Source: an uncultured virus (IMG/VR IMGVR_UViG_3300047295_000025)
Lineage: Duplodnaviria > Heunggongvirae > Uroviricota > Caudoviricetes > Schitoviridae
Length of the DNA: 20,000 nt
Virus record (IMG/VR): IMGVR_UViG_3300047295_000025
Strand: one strand, 5' to 3'
Part shown: positions 16,197 through 20,000 of the stretch, piece after piece
Position numbering within the stretch: position 1 is the stretch's first letter
Layout of the letters: every line of letters starts with the position of its first letter
Made by a program: the position numbers and the translations under genes
Notes under the pieces: model-generated
What the model saw: the letters and a program-made list of their open reading frames with translations, nothing else
What the model was told of the DNA's origin: nothing
Database searches by the model: none

Positions 16197-18764
16197 TCAG
16201 GCAGCTTCGAGCATCTCTCTATGCTTTCGAACCAGATGCAGGATCTCATCAGGAGTAGCCCCGTTGGGGATTACTACTTCTTTGCTCCAATCTGGGTAGA
16301 ACACAGAAAGTTCACCGCCGAGCTTGACCTCATCGTGCCAGATGTCTGGGTGGTTTTGCCACTGGACTGCTTTGACGAGGTGCTCGTTGGTGTAGAGGAT
16401 GGTCTCCAGCGTATCCCGGATGAGGAAATATCCGGCATCGTGGATCTGAGCACATGGACGGATGTCAAGGCGATGCTCGCTTTGACGAACCTTGCCCATG
16501 AACTCAGAGCCTGCACGACTGTTGAGCAGGCACCATGATTGACCCAAGGCATTCCCTGCTGATCGCCCTTCAGCTGCTGCCTCGTATGGCGTTCGGCTGT
16601 TACCTCGGATGACCTGTTTGAGCAGGGGTGTCCTCACTCGCAGACCGAAGGCTGCTGTGACGAATCCATCCTTGGCGGCTTGGTCAAGCTTCTCAGCGAC
16701 CCACTGGTCAGAGACGATGTACATCTCGTGGTAGCGGGTTTCGATCAGCTTGGCTTTCTCAACAGAGAAGCCACATTGCTCGACGATTCCCATGTATGTT
16801 CCAGCATAGGTGAGCAGGAACGTAGGTGTCTTCGAGTCTTGGCGAAGTGGTTTGTACTTGTCTTGGATCGAGTTGATGCTTTCTACTGAGTTGGGATCAA
16901 TATCAGGCATCTGATCGCTGAAATACGAGTAAGCTCTTAAAGAGTGCCCATCGTATCCATCGGTGTAAACCTTCAGCTTATTTGGGTCTTTGGTAGTCAG
17001 TGCTGAGATCCGGTCTTCAAGAGACGCAAAGTCCAGCCCTGCAAAGACCCAACCCGGTGGGGCTTGGAAGCAGGACTTGATGAGCTTGGCGTACTTGGAG
17101 TTGGCCGGAAGGTTCTGAAGGTTCGGGTTGGAGCTGGATAGGCGACCTGAGATGGTGCCGCCCAGATTGAAGTTGCCGAACAGATAGTGCCAGCCGTCTG
17201 GACCTTGAGGTGCAGCCTCCATCGCAGGGATGAAGGATGTCAGGATCTTGTTGACGGCGTTGTAGTCCATCATCGCTTTGAGGAAGTCGATGATCTGCGG
17301 ATTGGTGGTGTGGTTCAGCAGTGCCTTTAGGGTGTCCCCGTCAGTGGCAGGAAGGCCTGTGTCTGTCTTGGCGATGATTGGCAGCCCGAGCATCTCGTAG
17401 AGCAGGCTCTGTAGCTGAGGGGCAGAGTTCGGGTTGAACTCCTGTGGTTCATCGCCAATGGCGATCTGCTTCTTCTTCAGAGCAGCATTGCGTTTGTGAA
17501 CGTGCTTCTCTTCGAGCTGGTACTCGAAGCGATTAACCAACGGAGAGCCGTTGATAGTGCTCAGGGCCTTGTTCTGGTCCTTCTCAAGGAGGGCTTTGAC
17601 CTCCTTCACACGCTTCATGTTGAGAGGCATTCCAGTCAGCTGCATCTGGATGATGTCCAGAATGGCTGGCTTGAACACGTCAACGTAGGTCGGCAACTGC
17701 TGATCAGCGATCAGGGTAGGCCAGTGTTTCTCATAGACGTACCATGTGGATAGACCGTCGATGAGGTTGTAGCGGAGCAGCTCAGCCAAGGGGATCTTGC
17801 GGATATCCTTGATGTCTTCGTTGGCGTAGTTGCCAGCGAATTCCTGAGCTTGGTCCTTCAGACCCAGCTTGTTACCGGCACAGGAGTTGGTGGCCAGATA
17901 GGCGATGAGCTTGGTGTCATCCCAGTTGTTGAGCAGGATCTGCATCCCCTCCAACAGGCCGTCTGTGTCTGTCAGGTTCCTCATGAACAGCTGATAGATC
18001 AGGACGTACACGTCGTAGGAGATGTTGTGCCAGATAATCCGTTCCCTGAAGCGAATGAAGAAATCGATCAGGAGGTCTCGAACCATAGAAGGCTCAGGAC
18101 CTAGATCGACAGGGAAGGCAATGCCTTCATGCTTGGACCAGCAGAGAGTGATCGTACCGATCCCCGCTGTGTCGTGCTTCAGGCTGAAGGCTTCGATGTC
18201 GGCAGTGACTGGACGGTTCTCAAGGATGAGCCTGTCCAGCCAGACTTTGATCTCAGCAGGTGTTGTTGGGTAGGCTTCGAAGTGGATGATATCCACCCCA
18301 GGAAGGTCGTAGTGACCTCCTCTGTAGGACTTGAGGGCGTCGAAACCCTGCTTGATCTTGGCCAGTGTGCGATCTGGATCGTAGAAAATCTGCCGATAGT
18401 TCGGCACATAGATGACTTTCCACGGCCCATATTCGCTGTTGAGAACGTAGCCGAGATTGACATCGACTTTGGTGACGCCTGTTAGGGCTTTGAAATACTC
18501 CGCGTCTGCAACGACGACGTATTCCACACCGGCTATCTCAAAGGCAGGAACCAGCATCTCGGTGATGTACTGGACCAGTTCGGCCTTGGGGGTCTTCTTC
18601 TTCAGCTGTGAATAGCTGAGTTCGATGGCCACCACCTCGTCAGGGTTGATCCCGTGTGGTTCGAGGTAGGCCTTCTGGATCTCGTCCTTCCTCAGAACCG
18701 GGACCAGCAAGGCAATGGGGTAGCCAGTGTCTCGCTCCGGTTGGGTGAAGGTCAGATATCGCAT
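16197..18764 (-). CDS. DNA polymerase, family A, with 3'-5' exonuclease (N4 gp39-like), 855 aa
   Basis: ExoI DIEAF, ExoII HNISYD, ExoIII YNLID, SGRLSSSNPNLQNLP, motif A DFASLEDRI, motif B RQDSKTPTFLLTY, motif C QIHDA. TGATG overlap with the upstream gene. Confidence 0.96.
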   Translation of the reverse strand: MRYLTFTQPERDTGYPIALLVPVLRKDEIQKAYLEPHGINPDEVVAIELSYSQLKKKTPKAELVQYITEMLVPAFEIAGVEYVVVADAEYFKALTGVTKVDVNLGYVLNSEYGPWKVIYVPNYRQIFYDPDRTLAKIKQGFDALKSYRGGHYDLPGVDIIHFEAYPTTPAEIKVWLDRLILENRPVTADIEAFSLKHDTAGIGTITLCWSKHEGIAFPVDLGPEPSMVRDLLIDFFIRFRERIIWHNISYDVYVLIYQLFMRNLTDTDGLLEGMQILLNNWDDTKLIAYLATNSCAGNKLGLKDQAQEFAGNYANEDIKDIRKIPLAELLRYNLIDGLSTWYVYEKHWPTLIADQQLPTYVDVFKPAILDIIQMQLTGMPLNMKRVKEVKALLEKDQNKALSTINGSPLVNRFEYQLEEKHVHKRNAALKKKQIAIGDEPQEFNPNSAPQLQSLLYEMLGLPIIAKTDTGLPATDGDTLKALLNHTTNPQIIDFLKAMMDYNAVNKILTSFIPAMEAAPQGPDGWHYLFGNFNLGGTISGRLSSSNPNLQNLPANSKYAKLIKSCFQAPPGWVFAGLDFASLEDRISALTTKDPNKLKVYTDGYDGHSLRAYSYFSDQMPDIDPNSVESINSIQDKYKPLRQDSKTPTFLLTYAGTYMGIVEQCGFSVEKAKLIETRYHEMYIVSDQWVAEKLDQAAKDGFVTAAFGLRVRTPLLKQVIRGNSRTPYEAAAEGRSAGNALGQSWCLLNSRAGSEFMGKVRQSEHRLDIRPCAQIHDAGYFLIRDTLETILYTNEHLVKAVQWQNHPDIWHDEVKLGGELSVFYPDWSKEVVIPNGATPDEILHLVRKHREMLEAA

Positions 18765-19279
18765 CAGTAAATGAGCCTTGCAGCAGAGTAGAACTCGATC
18801 CGAGGCAGTGCCTTTCGATACTGTCTCAGGGCGCGTTCATCGTTTCGGATGGTCCATGCCTCCTCGTTGGTTCGAGGCAGGGCTTGGATGCTTCTTGGCA
18901 TGAGGGCTGAGAGGCAGTCAGGGAGTGCGTCTCGTATATCCTGCTCGGATCTGCAAGGGATAAGCAGATGGCTGAGCGACTGTTTGATGAGTTGCCTCTC
19001 AAGATCAACCTTGGCTGCGTCCTTCAGGAAGGCCATGCCTTCGGAAAGGATGCGGTTATCCAGAGGTGCTTTCTTGGCTGGAGCTGGCCCCGGGTTTCCC
19101 CGAGGCCGATAGTAGGTCCCGCTAAGGAGGAAGCCGTCATCAACAGAACCACGGATCTCATTGTGGTTCCGGTTCAGACGGTCAACGCTTTCTTCGAGAC
19201 GACGCTTCTCAGCTACAAAGAGACCATCAAGGATGAGGTTCAGCAGGTTATTGAGGGGTGAGCCTGCGGACGGTGCCAT
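18764..19279 (-). CDS. Hypothetical protein between helicase and DNA polymerase (N4-like conserved position), 171 aa
   Basis: AGGAG SD; stop overlaps the polymerase ATG; QDIRDALPDCL motif. Confidence 0.78.
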   Translation of the reverse strand: MAPSAGSPLNNLLNLILDGLFVAEKRRLEESVDRLNRNHNEIRGSVDDGFLLSGTYYRPRGNPGPAPAKKAPLDNRILSEGMAFLKDAAKVDLERQLIKQSLSHLLIPCRSEQDIRDALPDCLSALMPRSIQALPRTNEEAWTIRNDERALRQYRKALPRIEFYSAARLIY

Positions 19280-19287
19280 GAATGCTC

Positions 19288-20000
19288 CTAGAGGATGAGA
19301 CCTCCGTACTTATCAGCCAGTGTTCCGTAGGTGAACACACGGGTACGGGCACGAGAGAATGCGACGTACAGCTTGCGAGCAACCGGATCGGGCTGTCTGC
19401 AAGTGCTGATGTTTCCGAGGTCGATGAATACGCTGTCGTGTGAACTGCCCTGAGCCTTGTGGACCGTGGCAGCATCACGAGCACGAAGGTCGGGATACTT
19501 CTGCTTGAGCAGGAAGTATTTTTCCCAATTCTTCTGTTTCTGATAGTATTTGATCAGCTCAGTGAAGTGAGGCTTGTCTGTTGGGACAGGAACATCCTTC
19601 AGTACGTCACCGTGTCGAGTCATCAGATCGAGAAGCTGGATGTCCAGCTCGATATCGCCCTGATTGTCTTTGCCGATCAGGATCTTGTCGTGTCTGCCCA
19701 AGGTGACGATGGTATATTCCGACTCTACGTTCATTCGGACATCACCAAATTGGATCGAGGAGTTGCTGACCAGAGTTTCACCGAGTGTGAAGTGATCAGG
19801 TAGGCCACGCATCGAGCGAATGTGATCGTTGAATTGGATCACACGGTCATTGGTATAGGCCATCACCCGACACTCTGGGTTTTGCTGCATGAAGTGGCTG
19901 TGCAGCTGCTGCTCCATCGCTGCGTCGTCCAGATGGTCGATGATCCCGGGGATGATCTGGATGGGCTTGAAGACGCCCGTCTCGACAGTTTCACGGAGCT
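19288..20000 (-). CDS. SF1B (Dda/RecD-like) DNA helicase, C-terminal part; 5' end lies outside the window
   Basis: Frame is open to the window edge (LRETVETGVFKPIQIIPG...). Motifs AYTNDRV, AATVHKAQGSSHDSVFIDL and LYVAFSRAR. Confidence 0.92.
   Translation of the reverse strand, partial: LRETVETGVFKPIQIIPGIIDHLDDAAMEQQLHSHFMQQNPECRVMAYTNDRVIQFNDHIRSMRGLPDHFTLGETLVSNSSIQFGDVRMNVESEYTIVTLGRHDKILIGKDNQGDIELDIQLLDLMTRHGDVLKDVPVPTDKPHFTELIKYYQKQKNWEKYFLLKQKYPDLRARDAATVHKAQGSSHDSVFIDLGNISTCRQPDPVARKLYVAFSRARTRVFTYGTLADKYGGLIL

Noticed and set aside
16197..18764. Intein or intron in the DNA polymerase
   Set aside because: The frame is continuous at 855 aa with normally spaced motifs and no splice-junction or homing endonuclease signatures.

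Overview
This 20 kb window comes from an N4-like phage (Schitoviridae). The + strand carries the C-terminal ~1,160 codons of the giant cysteine-free virion RNA polymerase (open from base 1 to 3492). It converges at a strong hairpin terminator on a long minus-strand replication operon. In transcription order that operon holds a Dda/RecD-like helicase (partial), a hypothetical protein, a family A DNA polymerase, an inserted ~6 kb cassette (small virion adaptor, 1,763-aa modular tail fibre, 110-aa coiled-coil protein), a conserved hypothetical, a DUF6378-like protein, a PD-(D/E)XK nuclease, a primase-helicase, a Sak4-like AAA ATPase, an N4-type SSB, a RusA-like resolvase fused in frame to a second domain, and a 58-aa membrane protein missing from the ORF track. 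Three things stand out. (i) The tail fibre has four divergent carbohydrate-binding-like domains separated by stalk repeats; two stalks are 70/72 identical in protein but share only about 20/72 codons. (ii) The resolvase ORF has its 5' start beside a long hairpin, a second SD-equipped in-frame internal start, and an SSB-like 'KSLF' C-terminal tail. (iii) Several intergenic hairpins have mismatches that resolve as G·U pairs only on the minus-strand RNA. Family assignments come from motif recognition and gene order, not database searches.
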